From Camelus dromedarius (lineage: Eukaryota): a stretch of 64,000 nucleotides of DNA. The number at the start of each line of letters is the position of its first letter. Position 1 is the stretch's first letter. The DNA is taken from positions 97,528,001 to 97,592,000 of the forward strand of contig NC_087437.1 in assembly GCF_036321535.1 (NCBI RefSeq), written 5' to 3'. The position numbers and the translations under genes are program-made. Below are positions 27,119 through 39,650 of the stretch, in pieces. Below the pieces are notes generated by a model. That model saw nothing but the letters and a program-made list of their open reading frames with translations. It was not told the origin of the DNA and searched no databases.

Positions 27119-27560
27119 CCTCTGGCAAACAGAACTGATGTGATGCCAGTTACTAAGACAAATGCTGTTCCCCACTGCAACAAGAGACTTCCAGTTTTGT
27201 TCTTTCAATTTCTGAGTGTGCCTATTTCCTAGGAAATATAACCCAAATCTCTCCACATCTTACCATACAGTCAGTACAAGTGCTTGCTTATCTGAAAGAG
27301 AGAAATAGAAGACAGACAGAAGCATATAGTTGCCCTGAATTAACCAGCTGAGTAACCTAAGGAGAAGGTGTTTAGAGTGAAATTTCAAACTATTTTTTTA
27401 CTTAACATTGTAATCACAAACAAATAGGTACTTAATTTATTTTTTCAGAAAATCACATAGAGAAAAAATTGAAGTTCATTCTCCTGCCCCTCTCAAAGGA
27501 AAATACCATCAAATACAGCTGCCCTTTTCAAAGACCACTACAAGTCATTCCTAAAAGCAG

Positions 27561-27707
27561 TGTAGTAAAGTGTTAAAAGCCATCTACCAGTCAACAAGCC
27601 TATGCCTCTTTGTTAAGAGTTTGTTACTCCTCCCATCAGGAGTTGAAATCTATTTGAATCTTGAATCTGGGCTGTGCATGTGGTTTGCTCTGTTCAACAG
27701 AAGGTGA
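27561..27707 (+). mobile_element. MLT1G/H-like MaLR LTR, 5' part (interrupted)
   Basis: tgtagta..ctcctcccatcaggag..tctattt..cttgaatctgggctg..tgctctgttcaacagaa. Confidence 0.75.
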
Positions 27708-28364
27708 TGTTAGAGCAGGCAGATAGCTAGATATGAGCAGAGAAAGGGGGACACAGACCAAATGGCAGGAATTGGGCAGAAAGGAGGGGCACAAGCCAAA
27801 AGCAGGAAACCACACATCATGTAAGCACTAGGGGTCCCTGGGCAAAGAAAGAAAAGCAGGAACCTTTGTGCTGAAAAGGGATCATGCATTTTGGGGTGAC
27901 AAGTGGCCTGGAGAACAAAGAAAGGTAAGAAAAGGCAGGAATTTCCAGTGTCTGAATGTAACCTTTTGCTCATTATGCCCTCATTTCAATAAAATTAGCC
28001 TTGCAGATCAGAAGTACCCATCATGCACCGACGCCATGACACTTCTGATCCAGACTAAATAAGGACAAAACTCCCTCCTCCCTTTAGGAAGGTGGAGTTG
28101 GGATGATAATCAGGGAATATGACCGCAAACCCTTCCCTCCCCAATGAATATTCTGCCCATTCATTTTTACACCCTATGTAACTCACTTGCCAAAGAAACA
28201 CAGGGCAGCCACTCACCTGAGCCTGCCCGCTCTCCCCTTGAGAGTGTACTATCCATCCTTTAATAAATCCTCATTTTACTTTTTTTAACCACTATGTCTT
28301 GTCTCTGAATTATTTCTGAGACGGGACAAGAACCTGGAACACGGGATTGCATCTATCGGCAGCA
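27708..28364 (+). mobile_element. ERV1 solo LTR, MER41-like, 657 bp
   Basis: TG..CA termini (tgttagagcaggcagatagctag..ggcagca). 4-bp flanks gtga/atga fit a TSD with one mismatch. AATAAA at 28262-28267. The segment gccatgac..gggaat..atgaatatt..gggcagcc..gagagtgtact..aataaa..gacaagaacct resembles MER41-group LTRs. Confidence 0.8.
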
Positions 28365-28777
28365 ATGATGCAAGCCACATTTAGAATATTGAGCTCAGGT
28401 CCTCTAGGTACTACTTTCCATCTTGAAACCCAACACCCACAAAGAGAATTCAAGTTTTCCTGCTAGAGGTGGTGGACATGTGCAGACACAGGCCCTGGAG
28501 GACAAGAGACCACACTAGAGGAAGAGTCCACAAGGAGGAGAACCATGACAATTCAGCCAACAGCCTGCCCTCAAGTCCCAGATGTTTCAATGAGGTCAAG
28601 TTGGATCTACCAGCTTCTGAGCAACTGTTCAGACAGAGCTACATCAAGCATCAATCAGCCATCCCTGCTTAGTTCTGCCCAAATTACTGTCCCATGGAAT
28701 CATGAGCAATAAAATGGCTGTGGTTTCAAGTCATTAAATTTTGGGTGGTTTATTACGTAGGAACAGATAATCAATGC
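28365..28777 (+). mobile_element. MLT1G/H-like MaLR LTR, 3' part
   Basis: gagaccacac..ttctgcccaaatt..gaatcatgagcaataaaatggctgtggtttcaagtcattaaattttgggtggtttattacgtag..agataatcaatgca. Confidence 0.78.
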
Positions 28778-31089
28778 AAGTGGTAACATGCTTACTGCTA
28801 ACTTTTCAAAGAAAAATCTCAGTGGCAGACCAGGCTGCCACATAGAAGGTATCAGGGACTCAATCAGTACAAGAGCACCACAGTGTGCAGGAGACAGAGG
28901 CGAAACCACAGCAGCAGGCCCTGTACACATTAGGAAGCCAATGTACAAAGAGCTGCAGGTGACCCAGTGGACTTGTCAACACCACACCAAGAAGCAGAAG
29001 CAACAGCACAGCACACATACCCTGGGCAGCAATGTACGTATACCGCAGAGGAACCAAGCCAGACCAAGCAGGAATCTTGGCCAAAGAAAGACATTAGAAA
29101 ATCCATTGAAGATGCTGGACTCAATGTTTTTTTAGACACATGTACCAGCTATAATAAAAAATGTTCTAAAATCTTTTCTTGAGGAAGCAAAGAAGAAATA
29201 AATACCCCCCCCCCTTTTTGTTGCTGTTAGAACTTCTTTATGATGTTTTAGAAGTCTTGTTTACTCTTACTGTGAAAACCGGCCTGCATGTGTTTGGGTT
29301 TCTCTTATTTATGCTTCTTCAGAGCTTCAACACAAAAGTTTTACAATATATCACATATTATAATATTAAAATACTACCTCCCCTTAACAGGCAGTGCTGA
29401 ACAGTATCACACACGTCGATGTATGTGACATGAATTTTGCTTTTTGAAAAACATTATGATCTGTTTGGCGCTCCCCAATACGTAATTATTTAAGCCAGTA
29501 TGCCATAGAATTTTAAAAAGTTTGTACACTAGAAATTTTAAAAGCACTAAGTTACAGACTTTCAAATATTTGAGACCCTAATAAAATGCCATGATTCTTC
29601 CAGACACTTACCAAACCCAATTGAGTAAAACAAATAGAAATTATAAAGTTTTATTAACTTTCCATGAAAACTTCCAGTTTAATTTTAATTATTTTCCTGG
29701 CTTCAAAATAATGGAAACTTGTTTTTAACAAACAAAAACTAAATATACGAGTCCCTTGTTACAGTGTTCTTTTCCTCTAAATAAAATCCTCTTCTTCTCA
29801 GTCTTAGTTAAGCTAAATAAGTTTGTTTCATACGCAGCTGCTTTGCAGGGATAGATAGATATATATATTACACACACACACAAGTTGGACAAATAATTTC
29901 AATTCCTGATATTTGAATAACAAATAGGTGGTCTTCAAATGATTTGGCAAATGAGCATCACAGTAGCCCTGTGAGGAAATAGCCCCCCAAAATCACCACA
30001 GCAGAGTTGAGATGCCAGTGATCAGCCTTTAACTCCAAGGACTCAGCCAGATTTAAAGGCCAACTTCAAATGGCCCACACCTTTTTTTGATGTAAAAATA
30101 TTTTGTAATCATTGCATTTTTTTCATACAGTTTGAAACTACTCAGCTACTTAATTATTAAGAGACCCTAAGATTTTGACATACTACTGAACTTTGGAAGA
30201 AAGTTCTCTTCTTTTTGTCTCTTTAAAAAGTACTCAAAATCCTGAAGGCCTTTCTGTTTGAAATTTTAATACCCTACAAGACCACTGCAGTTTTATACCC
30301 TATGAGAGTTAAGCTTTTTGTCTGGATTTTACTATACTGCACTTACCTGAAGATTTTCTTAAAGCATGTCCCAGTTCATTGGAGATTTTCAAAGTCTGTT
30401 TAACAACTTTTCTTATTCCCTTAGAATCTACTAATGAATCTCTTATGACCCTGGAGTTCTGTCAGTTATTGTACTTTTCAATGTCTTTATGACATATTTG
30501 GGAATAATTCCTCTACTTTTTACTTCACTTATAAGCATAATGATTTTTCTTGCATATATTGCTGCTAAAAATGTTATATAATTCCTACTTGAATCTACAT
30601 CTTCTCTCCTTATGAGTCCCTCAGGCCCTCCAGAGATCACATGAGACGACCGTGCTTCAGAGAGGAGGACCCAGTTCAGTTTCCTGTGGTATTATCCTCT
30701 CAAATGTGCTCTACCAGAGTTATATTTGGATACAGTTTAATTCTACAGCACATGCTTTATCTCTCTTATATGGTCTGTTGTACTTATGTGTGGCTTTCTT
30801 CTCATCTGAGAATTAAGTTTTTAATCCAAGTATATTTTTAATAAAATCATACCTAAGAACAGAAAGTTCCATCTCTCTCTAAAGTACCTTCCTTTTTCAT
30901 CCTTCCTTTTCTTGAAAAATACTCCATCCAAACACTTCTCCCAACTGCCTAAAACATTTAGCCCCCAGATCTATCTTCTTAGCTCCTTGGCTTTGATAGA
31001 TGAACTAACAAAAGGAGGTCACTGGAGGTTTCCAGAAGTATATCTTACTCTCATATATCCAAAGTGAATAGGATATATCCAAAGCAACA

Positions 31090-31249
31090 TAGGATTATTG
31101 GATTTAGCAAACAAAGTACAGGATGTCTGCTTAAATTTAAATTTCACCCAAACAAAAAATAACTTTTTAGTATAAGTATGTCCCAAATTATTTGATTTAC
31201 TTGAAGTTCAAATTGAAATAAAGGTCTTGTAATTTATCAGGAAACCCTA
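31090..31249. mobile_element. MER53 hAT MITE with central deletion
   Basis: tagg..gatttagcaaacaaagtacaggatg..ttaaatttaaatttca..tttttagtataagtatgtcccaaat..gttcaaatt..aatttatcaggaaacccta. Confidence 0.8.
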
Positions 31250-32009
31250 TTTTAATGGGATAATTCTTTCTCATCAGCTTTTTCCCAAAACCTTGATTGA
31301 GAATCTTCTGAGAACATCATTAGTTTCATCTCCAGAAATAAAACACTGAAAACAGAGAAGGTCAAGTTTCATTTTATTTTCACGCACTTGACTTTTATGA
31401 TTATTGGAACTGGGATCTCAGGAGCAGCCTTGCATAGCTACCAACAGTGGCTCACTTCTGGCTGCTCCTCAGGAAAGAGGAGCATAAACCCTCTCTTATT
31501 CAATGGGGTTCCTTGAAATTAACTCATTCATTCAAACTATAAGCATTGCACACCTAGTCTATGACAAGTATTGTAATATAAAGGATCTGAGAAAGAACAA
31601 GTGATATCCTATTTACTAGAAATTCTAAGTCTAGTAAATGAGGGGAAAAAAGACAAGAATGTGCCCTTTTTTTTTTTTAACTGATTTTAATACCTGTATC
31701 TGTGTCCTTTGATTGAACCATGCTTACCTATATATTATTTTCTCATTATTAAAAACAGCTTATGCTATACCAGAATTAGGGCCTACATGTATGGACTTCT
31801 TTACAGTCAACAAAAAGGTAAATGTGACCCTAGGAAGAAAAATATGCTGACCAAATGGAAAAAATGGGATTTATAAAAGACATTTCCATAGAACTATAAA
31901 AATGATCTAAATGTCATTTTCTGGAACTTTCTTTGCTTTAGGACTACAAGTGTTGGTCCGTCCTACCTCAGTAAGATATCACTTCCCTATAATCATTCTC
32001 TCAGTCAGT

Positions 32010-32508
32010 TTAAGATCTTTAAAGTGTGGTCTAGAGACCCTAGGGTGTCCTTGAGTAGAAACAAAAAGTCAAAACAATTTTGTAATAATAACTGTTATTT
32101 CCTTCAACTATTTTATTCTCTCACATTTACACACTTGCATTTTCCAAAGGCAACAAGTCAAATTATATCTCAACAGATAGAAAGTAGAAGCAGATAGGAG
32201 AATCCAGCTGTCTTTTATTAAAAAGCCATTAAATACATATGTAGATATGTATAAATTTAAGCAATCCTTTTTTCTCACTATTTTTTGTTTTGGAAAATAT
32301 AATTATTCTTTATAAAAATCTTATTATTGCAAAGAGTGCATTACTCATTTTTAAATGGATTAATACATAAGTATTTTGAAAATTTTTTAAATTTCAAATC
32401 AGCACATTTTCAGATATAAAACACACATACACAAAGGTTCCTTAGAGTCCTGAATATTTTTTTTAAGTTTAAAGGGGTTCTGAGACCTAAAAGTTTGAGA
32501 ATAAGTGG
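32010..32508. mobile_element. hAT-Charlie non-autonomous element (Charlie1b-like)
   Basis: aaagtgtggtc..gtcaaaac..agaagcagataggagaatccagctgtcttttatta..tttgttttggaaaatata..aaaggggttctgagacctaaaagtttgagaa. Confidence 0.85.
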
Positions 32509-32514
32509 TAACTA

Positions 32515-33092
32515 ATCACACAGTTTTAAATGCCATCCTTCTTATATTTGTGACATCAAAGTTTATATATTCAAGCGTAGTCACTCTCTCTATTAAAATC
32601 TTTCAATGGCTTTCTACACACACAGAATAAAATTCAGACTCCTTTTTGTGATTTAACAGGTCACAGGAGATCTGGCCTCTGCCTCAATCTCCCTCTGCTT
32701 GGTCCACACTGGACATCCAAACTCTTCTTCAAATACATCAAGAATGGTCTCATCCCAAGGTCTTAAAAATCCTACTGGCTGATATTCTTCCCTAAATGAC
32801 TTGCCTGTTTACTCAGGAGGTGAACACCTGAAGTTTTTATTTAGAAAAATCTCTGACAACCCATTCAGGTTGTTACTGTTACTCCATTACCTTGGTAGCC
32901 CTCCCTCTGGTTTCTTCCTGGTCCTGTCACAACCTGGAAAAAAATACTTGTTTATATTGGGTCTTCCCCCATAAGCTACATGAAGTAAGGACATGCCCAT
33001 TGTTGCTCTTTACTTCATCCTCAACGCCTTCAAAAGTGCATGGCATACTGCAGACCTACAGAAGTCATCTGTAAGTTTTGGTACAGTGAATG
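32515..33092 (+). mobile_element. L2 3' fragment
   Basis: aaaatctttcaatggctt..cagaataaaattcagactcc..gatctggcctctgcct..ccacactgg..taagctacatgaag..gtgcatggcatac. Confidence 0.72.
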
Positions 33093-33969
33093 TATTGGAC
33101 CTTACAGCTTTACTTTGAGGTGAGAGTAATACAGACTTGATTTTTACAACTTTTCACACTGAAGGTCATGTTTTCAAGTGAATTCCTTAATAACAATAAT
33201 TCAAGGAAAGAGAGCATGCATGTAGGAAAAGCATCAATAATATTTGATAACTTATCCCTAAAAGATTTAATTGAATTTTTGTCATTAGTACAATGAAAGT
33301 TCTTATATACTGCCCGATAATAAAGGCACATTCACTGCCTAATATTTCAATGCCTTGTATAGATCCGAAATAAATACATTCATCAAAAGGAAAGTAATAT
33401 TGTATAAACCAATACCTAATCAAGTAACAATAAAACAAGTTAATGCTTAACATTATCAGTATTAGTTCTAAGCTATGCCCTGAGCTTCACAATATTTTAC
33501 TGTTTCAGTAGTTGATTGGTTGCTTACTACTGTGGGCTAGGTAACAGAGAGAAAAAGAAAATTATGGTCACCAAGTTGGAAAACAAAATGTGTACCAGCC
33601 GAGTGAATACAACAGTTTTATAGAGTAAACACAGTTCAGTTTAGGATACAACGGAGTGCAACATTGCAGAAAAAAATATCCAATAGAGTGGTAGAGTTAG
33701 GGTGGAGATTCGGGACTAGAGAAATGGACTTGGCAATCAATAGCTTAAGAGTAGATGCCAGTAAAGTGGCAGAAATCATTTAAAAAATGGTAAACTGAAA
33801 AAGAGTACTCATTTTTTTCAGGTGCGTGATTTGCAGTCAAGAGCCAGGCTTTATGGAACATTCTAGCTGGAAAAGATTTTGCAGTACAGAATCACTGAAG
33901 ATGGCTTTCACTTTGAGAGCTGCTTGACACACTTACTGTGTCCTTTCTCTACATCAGTGTAGTAATTCC

Positions 33970-34125
33970 AACAACTAACATTTATATGACGTTTTTAGAG
34001 TTTACAAATATATTATGACAGTGAACTTTATCGTATTTGGACATCTCAAGAGGCCTTATAAATATTTCTATTTTATATAAACTTCAGAAAGTTTAAGTGA
34101 CAATGTCACAGATGGGTCAGTAATG
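33970..34125 (-). mobile_element. MIR/MIR3 fragment
   Basis: aactaacatttatatgacg..agagtttacaaa..tcagaaagtttaagtgac..gtcacag. Confidence 0.5.
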
Positions 34126-35452
34126 CCTAATCCACCAACTTTTTTATGATGTATAGTTGACACTATGGAAATAGAAGTACTATGCTATTTCTCCCTGAAT
34201 TTTACTTCCTGTTATTCCTAATTGCTCCATACAACTTAACTGGAAACTTCACTTCATAATCAATCTCTCCCCTTCCCAAATTATCTTCCCCAACTGAGAT
34301 AATTGCTAGGAACTATCCATAGCTACCTAACAACCTCTATCCCCACTGACCTTGGGAGTGCTTCGAGCAAAATGTCCTAATGATATTCGTATAGACTGTT
34401 AACTTTAAATACCTCTCAGATACAGTTTTTTCACTATAAAGAAAAATAATATTTTGAATAAGATTATATTAAAATATTTAGGATAATTTAACATTTGCTT
34501 TTTGTAAAAAACATCTTGTAAGAAAACAAAAATTCATTTGAGATAAAGTAGAATTTTATTCTTCTGATACATTGATTTGGTGATAGTCTGTCGAGAACTA
34601 TAATCCCATAGCTGGTTAAATAATTAATTCCTTTAAGCTTTTTTTTTTAATTTTTTTTTTTAAAAAGAGATTCCTTCATGCTTTGACAGAAATTTAAGGC
34701 TGTCACTGCTTGGAGATTGCTGAAAGCAAAATGAAAGAGTTCCATCAAGTGGTCATATAAAGACATGACAGTTCACAATACACAGAAAAAACGATTTCTC
34801 CAAAACCTAGTTAAGACGTACATTTTCAACCAAATTCCCAAAACTGTAGGCCATGCAACATTAAAAAACACTAGATACATTTTAAACATCATCATTAATG
34901 ATTTTTTACTATTAAACTGCAACAGAAATAAGGTCTAAGTATATTTTGTTTTCTTATTTTTATTTTCTAACTCTGTCCATACAGCTTAGGCTTGAAAAGG
35001 CATGGTTACAATCTTAATTTGTATGTTATAGTCATCTGTTTAAATTACTTGGCAGGTACACAACAGGTTACACTTAACTAAGTACTGGATCATGCTAAAA
35101 TTCAGAAACCAGCCAGGTGCAAATGAGCTAAAATATTTTTAAATTGTATCTTATAAATACAAAGGAAATTCAACTAAAGACTTTTTAAAAAATTAGTTAT
35201 AAAACATAAGCATTAGTTAACCTCATTCCTTTAATATCCTAAATTAAGTTGTTGTTTTTTTTTCCAATATCTTGTCAAGAGGCATCTCTCTTGTAAAAGA
35301 GGATGAGTTCGGCAACTCTCTTTTATCAATTATAGGAGCTTTAAGAGGATTCAGGTCCTTACCTCTCTACTTCAGAAAATAGTCATGGCTTATTTTAAGG
35401 CTGTAGTGCTACTTGCAAATGCATATTATGGATTAAGATTTGCTTTCTACTA

Positions 35453-35915
35453 TATAATCAGGCCAACCAAGGTGGTGGTTCTCTTGTTCTCTGCATATCC
35501 CCCTGCTGGACCAGTCCCTGCTTCCCCTACATCCTACTTACATGACTAACCTCCCTACAAGTATGGTGATTGTTTTTATCTTTAGGTCAGAACACCTCCA
35601 CCAAGATAGCCTATCAAAAGGGCAGTGAGGGGTGTGCGCCTCTGCTAGTTTCCCTGATAACTGATGAGCCAACCTGAAGTCAGTTCATCCTATAACTGGT
35701 AACATGCCCTTGCCCTCCCCCAGCAAAGACTGCCACTGTGTCCTGCCCAACAACCACCGCACATGGAGGGGCATCACTCCAGGACCTTGTTTCAGATACC
35801 TAAGCTCCCCCATCCATTAAACCATTGATGTCACTGTGGCTGACTCCACACTCCTTCTCCAGTCTTAAAGATGGGCCAGTATAGGCCTTGTAGGCCCATG
35901 AGGTGGAGGCCAACA
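35453..35915 (+). mobile_element. ERV solo LTR (probably ERVL, MER54/MER74-like)
   Basis: GC-richer block ending ..ggccaaca (CA). ATTAAA poly(A)-type signal near 35816 followed by ccattgatgtc..gctgactcc..tcttaaagatggg. Family assignment tentative; no TSD found. Confidence 0.65.
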
Positions 35916-36099
35916 TATACTTTATCAAACAGCAGTTCATTTGAGCAACCATTTATAGTGTGTAATTAACCAAGCACTTCTAGCCTCTCTCCTTTTGTAC
36001 AGAAAAAAATGCACATTATTATTGAGAATGCTAAATGATAATTTTTATATTAACCCTGTGAAATCTCATTAGATTATATATTACCTAAACATAAAATTG

Positions 36100-36312
36100 G
36101 AGGCAGGGTCTATAATGGTTAAGAATATGAGTTTTGGCATCAGAGAGATTATATTTGAATCTAATCTCTGCCACTTTTTGCTCTGCAACCTGGAGCAATT
36201 ATGTCTTCATTTACATAAAAGGAAAATATTGCTACTGATGTGGATACTATAGAAATTAAATGGTATATTTTATATTGAGCAGTTAGATACACAGTTGAAA
36301 ACCAACGAATAA
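36100..36312 (+). mobile_element. MIR SINE
   Basis: aatggttaagaatatgagttttggcatcagag..tttgaatc..ctctgccactt..acctggagcaa..gaaattaaatg. Confidence 0.78.
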
Positions 36313-37349
36313 TACTTTGGAGGTTAGAATCCATTATATTATCTTCTCATTAGTACGTTAAAATGGTATAGAATTTTGTATACAAGTCCATTGGATTTAA
36401 GAGTTTAAAAAATGTAAACTAAGGAAACAAATTACTAGAAGACAAATGTATTTCTGCTATGATAGCAAGATCATCATATGTTTTTTCTGTGTGAACTTCT
36501 TCTAATCTAGTAATCTCTCAGACCTGCATTTCCATTTCTACAAAAAGCCACAAAGGCATTCACATGATTATCCTTTTATTCTTCTTTGGAAACTTGCATT
36601 AGTAATAAGCAAGGCTAATTTAAATATCTCACATAATAACAAGAACAACCCTTCTTGCCAACATAGAATAAACTGAATACTGAAAAGGAAGAGAGAGAGA
36701 GAAGGGGTGGCTGGGGGAAGTATTATAAAGTGTATCTGGAAAAATATAAACAAGTAGGGATATAGGTATGGAGTATATATGAGTGATCTGTACTCTTCTT
36801 ACACATTTTCTATTTGAAAGTATTCCAAATATAAGTAAATATAAAAGAAAAACTAAAACCTTATTTGGGTAACCTAAAAGTGAAATAATTTACCTCCAAT
36901 GAACATTAACTTTAAAAAAAAACTTCTGATGTTATTTCTGCAAGATGGAAAACAAACACGGAAGGAAAGTTGGAGAAGAAAGAAGAACTGTTGAGCAAAG
37001 AGAGTGGTAAGCAAGAGAATAAATCTGAATACACATGGGCTGTGTGAAACAACAGAACATCTAATTTGGAGAGCAAATATACAATTAAAATATAGGACAA
37101 CAATAAGTAAGATGAGACAGATGGTGATTTGATTTTAAAAATTTTAAGTTTCATGTGTTATACATAAGGGAGTAGAAATAGTGATTAACACAGACTTTAA
37201 GGTAAACATACACATTAAAGTTGTAAAATTGTATGGTGACTACTAAAACAGAAGAGGGAAGAAATGAAATCTTTAAAAAAAAAAATGAAAAGGATGTAGA
37301 AAATGCAGAGTAGTGAAACAAAGGAGGAATATACAAAACAGGAAATTAG

Positions 37350-38090
37350 TTATGAATCCAAATATAAGAAGTAATCCTAATAAATATAAATTGAGTCACT
37401 TTACAAAGATTAAATTAAATAAAAAATAAAATAAAATTCACAACTATGCTGTTTACAAGAGTCACATCTAAACATAAAGACATGAGAAAACTGATGACAG
37501 AAGATAGAATATTAGGTAGGGTAAATATCAGCCAAGGGAAAGCTGGCACATTTATTTTAAGACAGACTATCCTTTAAGGTAAAAATCCCTGTGTAATATT
37601 GAAAAGATCACAAAACGATGATAAATGACTCAACTTATAGAAATGATTCTAAACATTCATGTCTCCAATAACTTGCCATCAAACTATATAAAATTATCGA
37701 TATATAAGAAGTCAACAAATACATTATTTTAAGGAATAAACATTATTCTCACAGAAACATGAAGTTTCGAACAAAACTTGACCATGTGCAAGACCATAAG
37801 GGAAACACCAGAAAATTCCAAGGAATTATCATGAAGATCTTTTTCCTCTAACCACAATGCAACTGAGTCAGAAATCAGAAAAAATCAACAATTCAACAAA
37901 TTTTTACAGATTTGGAAATAGAAGAGCATATTTAAAATATATTATAAATCAGTAAACACTGAAAATAATTAAACTGTTAACTTAAGATATTAGTGAAAGA
38001 GTAATAAACCCAAGCAGAGGGAAGGAAACTTATAAAAACTAATAATCTATGAAACAGTAATCAAATACAAAATATTAACAAAAGGCTAAT
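37350..38090 (+). mobile_element. Ancient L1 fragment, ORF2 endonuclease region (decayed)
   Basis: caactatgctgtttacaagagtcacatct (the ICCLQETHL region), gaaagctggc, aaacttgaccatgtg (the IDH region), ctctaaccacaatgcaa (the SDHN region). Confidence 0.75.
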
Positions 38091-38189
38091 ACTTAGGTAT
38101 TTAATATATGTATGTTTAAATCTACCCTTGTAATTAAACTCCTAACCATTTTTACTTAACTATATATCCATAGATGTTTATAACATTTT

Positions 38190-38520
38190 TCCATGTTTAA
38201 ATTTACATAAAAGACTTTGTGACATCCACCTTGTTCTACCTATTTATTTTTTTACATTCGGTGTTATTTTTTGACACCTATTTGATTGATGTATATAATT
38301 TATTCTTTTTAATTCTTACAGAGTAGTCTATGGACTAAATTTTATTCATTCACCCTTCTTTTGAGCTACTAACAGTATTTCCATATACATTCCAGGTTTT
38401 TCCTGAACATCAGGGACCTTGAAGTGGAATTATAAGCTTTTAGAAAAGGGTCATACCAATTTCCCTAAGTGCTAGCAAGTTGTTTATTTAAATGGTATTC
38501 CTCAGGAAAATATGATAAAG
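38190..38520 (-). mobile_element. Ancient L1 (L1ME-like) 3' fragment
   Basis: Antisense L1ME-like text (agagtagtcta..ttattcattcacc..gaagtggaatt..gcaagttgttt). Highly diverged. Confidence 0.5.
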
Positions 38521-39553
38521 TATTTTCTACACACACACGTATCTCTGGACTGACTCTCAGTGCTCTATAGAAGGAAGAGTTGAGAAGAATTCAAGGTTTT
38601 ATGTTTTATTCAAATGGAATAATCCCGTTCATAATCACTTGAATCATACCTCTTAAAAAAAACTTTAAAGCTTAAATAAGACATTAGTATACAGCTCCAC
38701 TTTACTTGACTTTTAGAAACTTTTATTTACAATTAGGCTGCTTTGACACTATATGAGTGTGTACATGTGAGTGGTGTGTATATGAATAATCTGCTATATG
38801 CAGATTATACAAACATGGGGAAGTATGTGGCCCGTTGCCTTAGCAAATAGCATCCAGATGAATACAAAGTGACAGAGAAGGTGTTCAGATATCATTTCAT
38901 ACTTGCCTACGTTACAAAGTTTATTCTTTCTTTGCCCCAAAATTGTAACACTGGCATTTCTTGTACAGCAGACAGATAAGCCTTAGGTATGATGGTGATA
39001 AAATCTGTTTGATAAATCAGGGTATTTTTTTAGAGTAAAATGGACCTCAAGAATAAACCAGGACTTACCCTTTGGCACCCTAGACACTCTACTGGCTTTA
39101 ATAGTGGAAATATATCATGACTTGTCATGGTAGTCTTTGCCATGGAAGTGGGTAGTCTTTAATGCCCATCAGTTACTTCTGCACAGATAGGAAGTGCTGG
39201 TCCCCTTTCTGTACATCATGATTGTTAAGAAAGTGACATGTGTCAACGTGAGCAAGAACCTGCTGCCATAGAAGGTGCCCTAAGCAAGAATATGAAACAA
39301 ATCATTGCATTTGGCTAAGAACTGGGGGGAAGATAACAATCAGGAGATAGGAGTGAGCTTTCCATAATTCCTCATCCACATTTTGCATCACATTTCATAC
39401 TGGCCAGCAGTTGCTCGTGCAGAACTTAGGCTGTTTTCTTTTGTTCTGAAACTTCATGTAACTGATAACATTTTGAATGAGCTTTAACACAGAGTGCCTC
39501 ACACCCTGCCATTAGTACCTGATTTAATCCAGTACTTGGGCTCCTTTAGCTTT

Positions 39554-39650
39554 CTTTTATTTTTTTTTTTAACATTTTTTATTGAGTTATAGTCATTTTA
39601 CAATGTTGTGTCAAATTCCAGTGTAGAGCACAATTTTTCAGTTAGACACA
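39554..39650 (-). mobile_element. Very short (about 97 bp) 5'-truncated young camelid-type L1 3' end with TSD
   Basis: Poly(T) followed by aacattttttattgagttatagtcattttacaatgttgtgtcaaattccagtgtagagcacaatttttcagtta. Flanked by tttagcttt at 39545-39553 and 39651-39659. Confidence 0.88.
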
